From: an uncultured Selenomonadaceae bacterium
GTDB lineage: Bacteria > Bacillota > Negativicutes > Selenomonadales > Selenomonadaceae
NCBI GenBank assembly: GCA_905236725.1
Contig: CAJOCT010000001.1
Span: 9,646-73,645 of the forward strand
Direction: 5' to 3'
Length of the DNA: 64,000 bases
Shown here: piece by piece, positions 44,963-54,023 of the stretch
Numbering within the stretch: the stretch's first letter is position 1
How the letters are laid out: each line of letters opens with the position of its first letter
The notes under the pieces: model-generated
What the model saw: only the letters and a program-made list of their open reading frames with translations
What the model was told of the DNA's origin: nothing
The model's database searches: none
Made by a program: the position numbers and the translations under genes

Positions 44963-46753
44963 TTAAAAACTTCCGCGTTGAGCTTGGATTGCAAAAGCCG
45001 CCTCCAAAATTTGTCTGCCGATCGGAACTGCGCTTGTTGCCCCGAAACCGCCCTGCTCGACAATTACGGCAACGCTTACGGTCGGATTTTCAAAAGGTCC
45101 GTAACCTACAAACCAGCCGTGATCTCTGCCTTGAGAATTTTCCGCAGTACCGGTTTTGCCCGCAATTTGATAAGGAAAGCCCGCGAAATTTCGAGCCGCG
45201 GTACCCGTCTTTGTAACCTCATGCAAACCCGCCTGAACTCTTTGGATAACATCGGGGGGAACGTCCAAAGTTCCGACGAGTTCCGGCTGAATGTCTTTGA
45301 TAACTTCGCCGTTTTGAGTGACGATTTTTTTCACGACGTGCGGTTTAAATCTTTGACCGTTCGCCGCAATTTCGCCCATAACCATCGCCGCTTGAAGAGG
45401 TGTCACAAGGTTAAAGCCCTGACCGATTGCCGCGTCAAAAGTTTCGGACAAAAACCACTCTTCGCCGTAAACTTCCATCTTATATTCTTTACTCGCGACA
45501 AGTCCCGGCGATTCGTACGGCAAATCAATTCCCGTAACCGAGCCGAGCCCGAACATTTTCGCGTAATGACCGAGCAAGTCAACGCCCAAACGATTGCCCA
45601 TTTCGTAAAAATAAACGTTGTCGGAATGAGCAAGAGCTGCATGAAAATCCAGCCAGCCGAGAGCCTCACCGCCCGCGTTCCCTTTCGGAATGAGCCAGTG
45701 AGTTCCGCCGTCAAAAATTTGTTCGTACGGATCAACTTTCCCCGCGGCAAGTGCAGCAGTTCCCGTGACGATTTTAAAAGTCGAGCCCGGCGGATATTCG
45801 CCCGTGATGGTCTTGTTGTCCATCGGGTGATAAGGATTGGTGTTAATCGCGTTCCAATCTTTGGTTGAAATCCCATGCGCGAAAAGATTCGGGTCGAAGG
45901 CGGGACGAGATACCATCGCCAAAACTTCGCCGTTCTGTGGATTTAAAACAACTGCGGCGGCGGCATTTGCATGAATTTCCGCAAGCATTCGATCGACTGC
46001 CAATTCTGCGGCAACCTGTAAATCTCTGTCGATAGTCAAAATTAAATCGTACCCGGGACGCGGCTCCTTCTTGCCGAGAATTTGCACAGGTTTACCCGCA
46101 ACGTCGACTTCGACTTGCTCACCGCCGTTTTCTCCGCGTACTTCTTTATCATAAACTTTTTCCAGCCCGAATTTGCCGATCGTATCGCCCGATTTATAAC
46201 CTTCGTCTTTTTTTCGCTCAAGTTCTTCATCCGAAATTTCGCTGACGTAACCGAAAGTGTGCGCTCCCTCTTGCTTGAGAATGTAATTTCTAATCGGCTG
46301 AACTTCGATAACGACGCCGGGATATTCATATTTCTGCTCTTCAATAATCGTGACAATATCGGGCGTTACGTCCATTTTTATTCTGATCGGATCGAAACCG
46401 ACGTGAGCGGCGATTTTTCGCTGAATATCTTCAATCGGCACGTTCAAAAGTTTGGAAATTCGTGCAATGACTTCGGGCTTAATCGGTTCAGTCAAAGGCA
46501 GGAGAGAGACGACAAAGCCCGGCCGATTGGTTACCAAAAGTTGACCGTTGCGATCAAAAAAAGTTCCGCGCGGGGCAACGGTGGGAATAATTCTGATTCT
46601 GTTGCCGTCCGCAAGCCGCGCATAATATTCGCCGTCAACGATTTGCAAATAACCGACTCGCGCAATCAGAATAAAAATAACCAACGTTATCAAAACCGCC
46701 AGCGGTTTCAGCCGCCCGATATATTCGTCATCATTGTTTCTGTTATCCAGCAT
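44963..46753 (-). CDS. mrdA: Penicillin-binding protein 2 (elongasome transpeptidase)
   Basis: STFK (PGSTFKI), SxN (HSDNVYF) and KTG (GKTGTA). Position after mreBCD. Confidence 0.9.
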   Translation of the reverse strand: MLDNRNNDDEYIGRLKPLAVLITLVIFILIARVGYLQIVDGEYYARLADGNRIRIIPTVAPRGTFFDRNGQLLVTNRPGFVVSLLPLTEPIKPEVIARISKLLNVPIEDIQRKIAAHVGFDPIRIKMDVTPDIVTIIEEQKYEYPGVVIEVQPIRNYILKQEGAHTFGYVSEISDEELERKKDEGYKSGDTIGKFGLEKVYDKEVRGENGGEQVEVDVAGKPVQILGKKEPRPGYDLILTIDRDLQVAAELAVDRMLAEIHANAAAAVVLNPQNGEVLAMVSRPAFDPNLFAHGISTKDWNAINTNPYHPMDNKTITGEYPPGSTFKIVTGTAALAAGKVDPYEQIFDGGTHWLIPKGNAGGEALGWLDFHAALAHSDNVYFYEMGNRLGVDLLGHYAKMFGLGSVTGIDLPYESPGLVASKEYKMEVYGEEWFLSETFDAAIGQGFNLVTPLQAAMVMGEIAANGQRFKPHVVKKIVTQNGEVIKDIQPELVGTLDVPPDVIQRVQAGLHEVTKTGTAARNFAGFPYQIAGKTGTAENSQGRDHGWFVGYGPFENPTVSVAVIVEQGGFGATSAVPIGRQILEAAFAIQAQRGSF

Positions 46754-46762
46754 TCAAAACTC

Positions 46763-47257
46763 CTACCCGTGCCGCTTGGCAAATTTATCGAAGTCATAAA
46801 CCAATTTGTGAACCGGCCACGCCAAAAAAAGTTGAAAGCAGACGAAGGGAATTAAATTTGTCTGCACGGCGTAAACGAAATTTATTCTGTAACCGATTAA
46901 AAAAATTAAAATCAGCGTAATAAAAAAATGCAGGCACGCGGCGAGGGGCGCACTCAGCACAGGAAAAAAAAACTGGTCTTTGAAGACGTGGACGGAAAAT
47001 TTGCCGAACAAAAAACCGATTACCATGTAACTGAAAGTTGCACAGCCGAAATATCCGCCCGTCGTCAAGTCTTGCAACATTCCCGTGATAAATCCCATTC
47101 CAACGCCGGGTTGCCAGCCGTGAATAAATGCGACCGAAACCATCAGCAAGAGCATTAAATTTACGCTGACGCCGCCGTAATCTACGAAAGTGAAAAGCGA
47201 AGTCTGCGCGGTGTACATCAGGACGATAATTATTGTCCACGAGACGACCATTTTCAC
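46763..47257 (-). CDS. mreD: Rod shape-determining protein MreD
   Basis: 164-aa polytopic membrane protein between mreC and mrdA. 4-nt overlap with mreC. Confidence 0.8.
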   Translation of the reverse strand: MKMVVSWTIIIVLMYTAQTSLFTFVDYGGVSVNLMLLLMVSVAFIHGWQPGVGMGFITGMLQDLTTGGYFGCATFSYMVIGFLFGKFSVHVFKDQFFFPVLSAPLAACLHFFITLILIFLIGYRINFVYAVQTNLIPFVCFQLFLAWPVHKLVYDFDKFAKRHG

Positions 47258-48306
47258 GGCGCGACACCTCCCGCAGAATTTTGCTGAAGTTGCTGTGCCT
47301 GCTGTTGTGCCTGCTGAATTTGTTGCTGTTGTGCCTGTTGAACTTGTTCTTGTGCCTGTTGCTGAATCATCTGAGCTTCTTGAATTTTCTGTGCAGTTTC
47401 GTACGGATCAGTTTCAGTACCGGGAACTTGCGGAGGCGGTTGCAAAGGTTCCGGCGGAGCTTCTCTGGACGCGACAATTACCGCAACATCTTCCAGCTTG
47501 TCGAAGTTCACTGAAGTTTCCATAATTCCGTATTTTAACAAACCGCCCTCGTCGTTATGAATTTCCTTAATTTTGCCGACGACAATTCCTTTCGGATAAA
47601 CGCCGCCGAAACCCGAAGTGACGACCATATCTTCAACTTGCACATCGGAATTTTTAGGAATGTTCACCATTCGCGGCTGATGCGGATTGTTTATTGAGCC
47701 TTCGACAATTCCCGCAACTCTCGATTCGGGACGCTGAATCAAAGTTCCGACTGATGAGCGCGGATCTAAAATCAACTGAACTTTCGACGAGTTTAAACCC
47801 GCTTCGGAAATATGACCGACCAGACCCATTTCGGTAACGACGGCCATATTGTCCGCAACTCCGTCAAGCGTCCCGCGATTTATTACGATGACACTTGACC
47901 AGGTGTCCGCCTCTCGACCGATAACGCTTGCCGCCACCAAGTCGAATTGAGTTGCAACCTGTTTGTAACCGAGCAAGGCGCGAAGTCTTTGATTTTCCGA
48001 CGCAAATTCTGACGCGGTTAAATTTTGTGCCCTCAAAAGTTCGACTTCTTCGCGCAATAATTTATTTTGCGAGTGAAAATTTTTGATTTCTATGACGCTG
48101 TCTTTCAAAAATGTAAGCTGACTTCCTACCCACGAAAAACCGCGCTGAAACGGTGAAAGAATCGCCATAGCCGTCTTGTCCGCCGGTCCGGGGTTAAATG
48201 TTCCCCGTGCCGCGAAAAAAACTGAACAGAACACGACGATAAACAAAAAAATCAGCGCGGCAATTTTTTTCTTTGATTTAGTTTTTTTGCGAATTAAGTC
48301 ACTCAT
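47254..48306 (-). CDS. mreC: Rod shape-determining protein MreC with Gln-rich C-terminal tail
   Basis: N-terminal anchor and coiled coil (LLREEVELLRAQN), then beta-barrel repeats (GLVGHISE..., GIVVGKIKE). Tail is QEAQMIQQQAQEQVQQAQQQQIQQAQQQAQQLQQ. Confidence 0.88.
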   Translation of the reverse strand: MSDLIRKKTKSKKKIAALIFLFIVVFCSVFFAARGTFNPGPADKTAMAILSPFQRGFSWVGSQLTFLKDSVIEIKNFHSQNKLLREEVELLRAQNLTASEFASENQRLRALLGYKQVATQFDLVAASVIGREADTWSSVIVINRGTLDGVADNMAVVTEMGLVGHISEAGLNSSKVQLILDPRSSVGTLIQRPESRVAGIVEGSINNPHQPRMVNIPKNSDVQVEDMVVTSGFGGVYPKGIVVGKIKEIHNDEGGLLKYGIMETSVNFDKLEDVAVIVASREAPPEPLQPPPQVPGTETDPYETAQKIQEAQMIQQQAQEQVQQAQQQQIQQAQQQAQQLQQNSAGGVAP

Positions 48307-48310
48307 TGCC

Positions 48311-49348
48311 TCAAGCTTTCAATTTTTTAGAAGTCATTACAACACGTTTGAGCAAGTTCAAATCTTCCAAAGCCCTGCCGGTACCTTCGCCGACGCAACT
48401 CAAGGGATCTTCCGCAACGATTACGGGCATTCCCGTTTCTTTGGAGATGAGTTTGTTGAGATTGGCAAGGAGTGCTCCGCCGCCCGTCATCATAATTCCG
48501 TGATCCATGACATCGGCGGCAAGTTCGGGAGGAGTTTTTTCCAACGTGCCTTTGACCGCATCGACAATTTTATAAATCGGATCGCCGAGAGCCTCACGAA
48601 TTTCGCTGGCTTTAATCGTCAAAGTTTTCGGCAGTCCCGTAACCAAGTCACGTCCGCGGATGTCCATTGACTTATCTGATTCGCGCGTGACAATCGCCGT
48701 GCCGATGGTAATTTTAATTTCTTCCGCCGTACGTTCACCGATCATCAAGCTGTAAACTTTTTTGACGTACTGAACGATTGAAGAGTCCATTTCGTCGCCG
48801 CCGATTCTGATTGAACGACTTGTAACGATTCCGCCGAGAGAAATGACAGCAATTTCGGTTGTTCCGCCGCCTATATCGACGACCATGTTGCCCGTTGCCT
48901 CCTCGACAGGTAAGCCCGAGCCGATTGCCGCCGCCATAGGTTCTTCGATTAAATAAGCCTCACGAGCTCCCGCCTGTTGAGCCGCGTCGATAACTGCACG
49001 CTTTTCGACTTCGGTAACTCCCGAAGGCACCCCGACAACTACGCGCGGACGAACGAAAGAACTTGTATTCATTGCCTTGCGAATAAAATATTTTAACATT
49101 GCCTGCGTCACGTCGAAATCGGCAATAACTCCGTCTTTCATCGGACGAATTGCAACGATATTTCCGGGCGTTCTCCCGATCATTTGCTTGGCTTCGTCGC
49201 CTACCGCCAGCACTTCGCCCGAATCTCTTTTTATAGCCACAACTGAAGGTTCGCGCAGGACAATTCCGCGACCTTTAACATGTACGAGTGTATTCGCCGT
49301 TCCAAGGTCTATTCCCATGTCGCGCGATCCGCCGAATAATCCAAACAT
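48311..49348 (-). CDS. mreB: Rod shape-determining actin homolog MreB
   Basis: [37 protein letters not shown]. Confidence 0.95.
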   Translation of the reverse strand: MFGLFGGSRDMGIDLGTANTLVHVKGRGIVLREPSVVAIKRDSGEVLAVGDEAKQMIGRTPGNIVAIRPMKDGVIADFDVTQAMLKYFIRKAMNTSSFVRPRVVVGVPSGVTEVEKRAVIDAAQQAGAREAYLIEEPMAAAIGSGLPVEEATGNMVVDIGGGTTEIAVISLGGIVTSRSIRIGGDEMDSSIVQYVKKVYSLMIGERTAEEIKITIGTAIVTRESDKSMDIRGRDLVTGLPKTLTIKASEIREALGDPIYKIVDAVKGTLEKTPPELAADVMDHGIMMTGGGALLANLNKLISKETGMPVIVAEDPLSCVGEGTGRALEDLNLLKRVVMTSKKLKA

Positions 49349-49458
49349 CTAAGTTATAACTCCCTTCCTTTGGTTGACGAAAAAAATCAACCAGACTGCC
49401 CGTTTTTGGCGGGGATATTTTATCATATTTTATTCACTTTGCAATATTTCAAGACAAT

Positions 49459-49487
49459 TTGACAGTAAAAATTTTTTGTGTTAAAGT
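49459..49487 (+). promoter_or_regulatory. Putative promoter of tRNA-Arg
   Basis: TTGACA (49459-49464), 17-nt spacer ending TGT, then TAAAGT (49482-49487). About 23 nt upstream of the tRNA 5' end. Confidence 0.55.
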
Positions 49488-49510
49488 TGCCGCTGTGTTT
49501 AATTAAGTTC

Positions 49511-49585
49511 GCGCTCGTAGTCCAGTGGACAGGACGTCAGCCTCCGGAGCTGAAAGCGTGGGTTCGATTCCCGCCGAGCGCACCA
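49511..49585 (+). tRNA. tRNA-Arg (anticodon CCG), CCA encoded
   Basis: Hand-folded cloverleaf. Acceptor GCGCTCG/CGAGCGC, D stem GTCC/GGAC, anticodon stem TCAGC/GCTGA with loop CTCCGGA, T stem GTGGG/CCCGC with loop TTCGATT, discriminator A, then CCA. Confidence 0.9.
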
Positions 49586-49593
49586 GTTCAAAA

Positions 49594-49654
49594 ATTAGGA
49601 TTTAGGAATTAGGAATTAGGGGAAATTCTTGATTGCTAAGTCCTAATTTTTTTT
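49594..49654 (+). terminator. Intrinsic terminator of tRNA-Arg (long hairpin built from AATTAGG-like repeats)
   Basis: ATTAGGATTTAG (49594-49605) pairs with CTAAGTCCTAAT (49636-49647), one G-U pair, followed by T8. Overlaps the 3' coding end of the convergent HepT-like ORF. Confidence 0.55.
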
Positions 49655-49994
49655 CTGGATCAAGTTCAAGAATTTTTTCAATCTGATTTTTCATTTCGGG
49701 AAAATTTTTTGTAATCGTGTTATAAACGTCGGTCATATTTGGCAATTCATACTTGTACGCGACAATATCCCCAAACTCCGCCACTTTTTTCCAATCAACT
49801 TCCGAATAATTTTTTATCAAATCATCGGACAAATGTTTCGTGAACTCTCCGATATTTATCAAAGTCATTCCTACAGCGTGCTTTGTTAATTCATCTTTCA
49901 AAAACTCTTCAAGATTTTTCTCGCCGATAAATTTTAAAATCAATCCGATTTCGGAACAAATTTTTTGTAAGATAATTTTGTCCCTACTCTGCAT
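49602..49994 (-). CDS. HepT-like (DUF86) protein with degenerate active site, no MntA partner
   Basis: Aligns by eye to the DUF86 pattern (...EEFLKDE.T..AV...L..IGE..K.LS...K....E..W.K....). The catalytic Rx4HxY position reads GDIVAYKY, i.e. R to G and H to Y. Start moved to ATG 49994 (GGAGG SD). Confidence 0.6.
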   Translation of the reverse strand: MQSRDKIILQKICSEIGLILKFIGEKNLEEFLKDELTKHAVGMTLINIGEFTKHLSDDLIKNYSEVDWKKVAEFGDIVAYKYELPNMTDVYNTITKNFPEMKNQIEKILELDPEKKLGLSNQEFPLIPNS

Positions 49995-50024
49995 AAATTT
50001 CCGCCTCCTCGTCAATTTCAAAAA

Positions 50025-51047
50025 TCAATAAGTTTTCAAAATTTCGTAACGGGTATTTCTTTGCGCGGGAATTTTGCCTGCGTCCTTGATGAGATTGACC
50101 ATTTTTTTGACGGACATTTCAAAAGAAGTTCCCGCCGCCTTGACGACATTTTCTTCAAGCATAATACTTCCCAAATCGTCCGCGCCGAAAGTTAAAGTAA
50201 GTTGCCCGATTCTTTCGCCTTGAGTGACCCAAGAGCCTTGAATATGCGCGATATTGTCAAGAAAAATTCTCGTCATCGCAAGAGTTTTCATGTAATCCCA
50301 CGAATTTATTTTTTTTCCGCCGAGCGCGGTATTTTTCGGCTGATAAGTCCAAGTTATAAAGGCACGAAATCCGCCCGTCTCGTCCTGAAGGTTGCGAATT
50401 TTTTCCATATGTTCAAGTCGCTGTTCGTAACTTTCGCCGAAACCGATAACCATTGTCGCAGTCGTTTTCATTCCGATTGAGTGAGCAAGTTTCATAACGT
50501 TGAGCCAGTCCGCAGTCATTATTTTTTTCGGGCTGATTTTTTTTCGCACCTCGTCAACCAAAATTTCCGCGCCGCCTCCGGGCAAACTGTCCAACCCCGC
50601 CGCTTGAAGTCGTTTCAAAGTTTCCAAAATCGAAATGCCTTCAAGTCGCGCAAAATGCTGAATCTCCGTCGCCGTGAACGAATGAATTGTTATATCGAAA
50701 TTTTTTTTGATGAGTTGCAACATTTTTTCGTAATAACTCAAAGGCAAATCGGGATGAAGTCCGCCCTGAATCATAACTTGAGTACCGCCCGCCTCAACAG
50801 TTTCGCGAACTTTTTCGAGAATTTCTTCATAAGTCAAAAGATATGCGTCCGATTGATTTTTTTTCCTGAAAAATGCGCAAAATTTACACTCGTTTTGACA
50901 AATATTTGTGTAATTTATATTTCGGTCGATGATAAAAGTTGTGACGTTGCCGAATTTTTCGCGGCGAATTTTATCGGCACTTTCGCCGAGTTCCAATAAA
51001 TCGCCGTGTTCAAGCAAATTCACAGCCTCATTTTTTTCCAATCTCAT
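50025..51047 (-). CDS. mqnC: Radical SAM enzyme, MqnC-like (cyclic dehypoxanthinyl futalosine synthase family)
   Basis: FIIDRNINYTNICQNECKFCAF (CxxxCxxC), GGAEIL, LQDETGGFRAFITW. Confidence 0.6.
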   Translation of the reverse strand: MRLEKNEAVNLLEHGDLLELGESADKIRREKFGNVTTFIIDRNINYTNICQNECKFCAFFRKKNQSDAYLLTYEEILEKVRETVEAGGTQVMIQGGLHPDLPLSYYEKMLQLIKKNFDITIHSFTATEIQHFARLEGISILETLKRLQAAGLDSLPGGGAEILVDEVRKKISPKKIMTADWLNVMKLAHSIGMKTTATMVIGFGESYEQRLEHMEKIRNLQDETGGFRAFITWTYQPKNTALGGKKINSWDYMKTLAMTRIFLDNIAHIQGSWVTQGERIGQLTLTFGADDLGSIMLEENVVKAAGTSFEMSVKKMVNLIKDAGKIPAQRNTRYEILKTY

Positions 51048-52126
51048 AAAATTTTTTCCTCATAAAAACTGTTGCGTTCTGCAGGTATATAACCGACTTC
51101 AGAAATAATTTCGCTGAGAGTTTCGCGGGAAATATTTTTATTTTCGCCGGAGCCCGCCGCGTGAATAATTTTTTCTTCGCCGATCGTCCCGTCCAAATCG
51201 TCCGCGCCGAAACCGAGTGCAAGTTGAGCAACAGGCAAAGTCATCATCACCCAAAACGCCTTGAAGTGGTCGAAGTTATCCAAAATAATTCTGGACAGCG
51301 CGAGCATTTTTAAATTTTCCCACGCGCCGACAGGTCGAAGATTAAATTTTTCGCCGAGTTCAGTATTTGCGGGGAAGAAAGGAAATAACATCATCGCCTG
51401 AAATCCGCCCGTCTCGTCCTGAAGTTCACGAATTTTTATCAAATGTTCGATTCGCTCCTCAATCGTTTCGACGTGACCAAACATCATTGACGCATTGGTT
51501 TTTATGCCGAGTTTGTGAGCCGTCCGCATAATTTTAAGCCACTGTTCACCCGAAAGTTTTTTAGGACAAATAATTTCACGAACGCGCGGGGAAAAAATTT
51601 CCGCACCTCCGCCTGGTAAAGTCTCAACGCCCGCACTTTTCAACGCCGTCAAAATTTCCGCGAAAGTTTTATTTTCTTTTTGAGCAAAATTAAAAATTTC
51701 CGCAGGCGTGAAAGCATTTATCGAAACTGCGGGAAATTTTTTTTTGACGAGCTTTATAACGTCAAGATAATAATTAAAATTTTTTTCGGGATGAAGTGCG
51801 CTGACAATATGAATTTCCGATAAATTTCTTATTTCGCCGAAGTCATTCAGAATTTTTTCAACGTCGTCAAGTTCGAGAGTGTACCCGCGATTGTCACCGC
51901 TCCGACATTGAAAAGCACACAGCGGACAATTTGAACTGCAAATATTCGTCAAATTTATGTGGCGGTTGATTATGTAAAAAATTTTCTTGCCGCTCTTCGA
52001 TTCCTTGATTCGACGCGCCGCCCGTGCCAAAAAAAGTAAATCATTTTCGCGGTAAAGTTCCAACGCCTCATCAAAATTTAATCGCTCCTGATTTTCGACT
52101 TTTTCCCGCAAATTTTTATCAATCAT
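51044..52126 (-). CDS. Radical SAM enzyme, MqnE-like (aminofutalosine synthase family), paralog 1
   Basis: INRHINLTNICSSNCPLCAF, GGAEIF, AHKLGIKTNASMMFGHVETIEERIEHLIKIRELQDETGGFQ. 4-nt overlaps with both neighbours. Confidence 0.55.
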   Translation of the reverse strand: MIDKNLREKVENQERLNFDEALELYRENDLLFLARAARRIKESKSGKKIFYIINRHINLTNICSSNCPLCAFQCRSGDNRGYTLELDDVEKILNDFGEIRNLSEIHIVSALHPEKNFNYYLDVIKLVKKKFPAVSINAFTPAEIFNFAQKENKTFAEILTALKSAGVETLPGGGAEIFSPRVREIICPKKLSGEQWLKIMRTAHKLGIKTNASMMFGHVETIEERIEHLIKIRELQDETGGFQAMMLFPFFPANTELGEKFNLRPVGAWENLKMLALSRIILDNFDHFKAFWVMMTLPVAQLALGFGADDLDGTIGEEKIIHAAGSGENKNISRETLSEIISEVGYIPAERNSFYEEKIL

Positions 52127-53277
52127 TTTATAAGCCTCAAAATGTTAAAATTACAATCGCACGCCGCCGGAGTTCGCCCGATTTCGCGAATAATTTTTAT
52201 AATCTCGTCTTCCGCCAAATTCGTCGGACTCGTCGCCCCCGCGTCATGCAAAATATTTTCCTTGTGAATTGTGCCGTCAATGTCATTCGCGCCGAAATTT
52301 AACGCGACTTGTGCAACGGGAACAGTCAACATCACCCAGTAAGCCTTTATGTTGTCGAAATTGTCGAGCATCAGCCGAGAAATCGCCATCGTTCGCAAAT
52401 CGTCCCACATCGAAGTTTGTTTAATTTCTTTTTCCAGCGCGGTATTTTTCGGCAGGAAAGGAAACGGGATAAAAGTTTGAAATCCGCCCGTCTCGTCTTG
52501 AAGTTCACGCAGTTTTATCAAATGTTCGATGCGTTCGGCAAAAGTTTCAATGTGACCGTAAAGCATCGACGCATTGGTTTTGATTCCGAGTTTGTGCGCA
52601 GTCCGTGCAACGTTCAGCCACTCCGCCGCAGTCGCTTTTTTCGGGCAAAGCAAATTTCTGATTCTGTCCGATAAAATTTCTGCACCGCCGCCCGCAATCG
52701 CCTGAAGTCCCGCGTTTTTCAGTTCAGTCAAAATATTTTCAACAGTTCGACCCGAAATTTTCGCAAAGTGAGTAATCTCAACTCCCGTAAACCCTTTGAT
52801 ATATAAATTCGGAAATTTTTCGTGAATGACTTTGACGATCTCAAGATAATTTTCAAATTTCCAAGTCGGATGAAGTCCGCTGACAATGTGCAATCCCGTC
52901 ATATTCGGATCCTTCAGTGCGTCTTCTATCAGATTTATAATTTGTTCTGTCGTCATAGAATACGCGCCGAGAGAATTTTCATCCCGACCGAAAGCGCAAA
53001 ATTTACACCGCGCCGAACAAATATTTGTCAAATTTACGTGGCAGTTTACGTTGTAGTAAACGATGTCACCGCATTTTTTCCTGCGCACTTCATCTGCCAA
53101 CATTCCGAGCCAAGCCAAATTTTTGCAGTCGAATAAATTTATTCCGTCGTCAAAAGTTAATCTCTCTTCACGCAAAATTTTTTGTTCAATTTTCTCAAGT
53201 TCGCTTCTTATGTGCAAACACTCACCCCGTTTTAATCGACGATAATTTTTCTTGCGCCCAAAAATCTCGAACTCCAA
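52123..53277 (-). CDS. Radical SAM enzyme, MqnE-like, paralog 2
   Basis: VNCHVNLTNICSARCKFCAF, AHKLGIKTNASMLYGHIETFAERIEHLIKLRELQDETGGFQ. The ORF-track start overlaps the upstream gene by 46 nt; the true start may be TTG near 53217. Confidence 0.55.
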   Translation of the reverse strand: MEFEIFGRKKNYRRLKRGECLHIRSELEKIEQKILREERLTFDDGINLFDCKNLAWLGMLADEVRRKKCGDIVYYNVNCHVNLTNICSARCKFCAFGRDENSLGAYSMTTEQIINLIEDALKDPNMTGLHIVSGLHPTWKFENYLEIVKVIHEKFPNLYIKGFTGVEITHFAKISGRTVENILTELKNAGLQAIAGGGAEILSDRIRNLLCPKKATAAEWLNVARTAHKLGIKTNASMLYGHIETFAERIEHLIKLRELQDETGGFQTFIPFPFLPKNTALEKEIKQTSMWDDLRTMAISRLMLDNFDNIKAYWVMLTVPVAQVALNFGANDIDGTIHKENILHDAGATSPTNLAEDEIIKIIREIGRTPAACDCNFNILRLIK

Positions 53278-54005
53278 TATTCGCTGTCCAACGAGTCAAT
53301 TCTGATACCGCGACTTGATGACGCATGCAAAAATCTTCTGTCACCGACGTAAAAGCCGCAATGTGACGCGCCTGAAGTGTAAGTCGTGAAGAAAACCAAA
53401 TCGCCCGCCGATAATTGCGAAACTTTCGCCGCCTTACCGAGCAAATATTGTTCATCGGCAAGACGCGGGATAACGAAGCCGTTCTGCTTGAAAACGTATT
53501 CCAAAAATCCCGAACAGTCGAAGCCTTTAGGCGTATTGCCGCCGAAAACGTACGGCACACCGATATAATTTTTCGCCGTCGCAACAATTTCAAGTCCCTG
53601 ATTGCCGGTTATAAAAGTTTTTCCGTACGGCACAAGATTTTTGTTAATCGGCGCGGAATTGGAATTTTTCGGCTCTTTCACAGTTTTTATTTTCGTCGTC
53701 ATTTTACTCGGCAGTTCGCGGCCTTTAATCGGTTTCGCCTTTTGCAAAGCTCGCCAAGTAACATTTGTGACAACTCCCGTCGCGCTTATTTCTTTATCCT
53801 TCTGAAAAGCCAAGACCGCGCGTTCCGTCTCATTACCGAAAATCCCGTCAATCTCGGTAATTTCGTATCCGATAAGATAAAGTTTTTTCTGCAAAGTTAT
53901 GACATCTTCGCCCTTGGAATTTTTTGAAAGCGTGGGCGATGCATAAACATTGGCACAAATCGAAATTAAAATTGCGGCAGTAATCGTTAAAATTTTAAAC
54001 CTCAT
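53232..54005 (-). CDS. Secreted peptidoglycan-binding NlpC/P60 (C40) endopeptidase
   Basis: Signal peptide. PG_binding_1-like GEDVITLQKKLYLIGYEITEIDGIFGNETERAVLAFQ. C40 catalytic GFDCSGFLEYVF ... HCGFYVG. Confidence 0.85.
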   Translation of the reverse strand: MRFKILTITAAILISICANVYASPTLSKNSKGEDVITLQKKLYLIGYEITEIDGIFGNETERAVLAFQKDKEISATGVVTNVTWRALQKAKPIKGRELPSKMTTKIKTVKEPKNSNSAPINKNLVPYGKTFITGNQGLEIVATAKNYIGVPYVFGGNTPKGFDCSGFLEYVFKQNGFVIPRLADEQYLLGKAAKVSQLSAGDLVFFTTYTSGASHCGFYVGDRRFLHASSSRGIRIDSLDSEYWSSRFLGARKIIVD

Positions 54006-54023
54006 TTCAAAAATCCCCCGACC

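Noticed and set aside
42343-46855. Plus-strand ORFs of 218, 296 and 257 aa opposite the carboxypeptidase and PBP2 genes, and the 157-aa ORFs overlapping mreD/PBP2
   Set aside because: They lie opposite or out of frame to genes carrying SxxK/SxN/KTG motifs. Their composition is typical of non-coding frames.
49594-49625. AATTAGG-like heptamer microsatellite downstream of tRNA-Arg as an independent regulatory repeat
   Set aside because: The repeats form the 5' arm and loop of a long hairpin that pairs with 49636-49647 and is followed by T8. The simplest reading is the tRNA terminator. The unit is unrelated to the TAATGCG arrays.
49349-50021. Genomic island or prophage integrated at tRNA-Arg
   Set aside because: No integrase, recombinase or phage genes are present. 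I could find no direct repeat of the tRNA 3' end elsewhere in the window. Only the degenerate HepT-like gene hints at past mobility.
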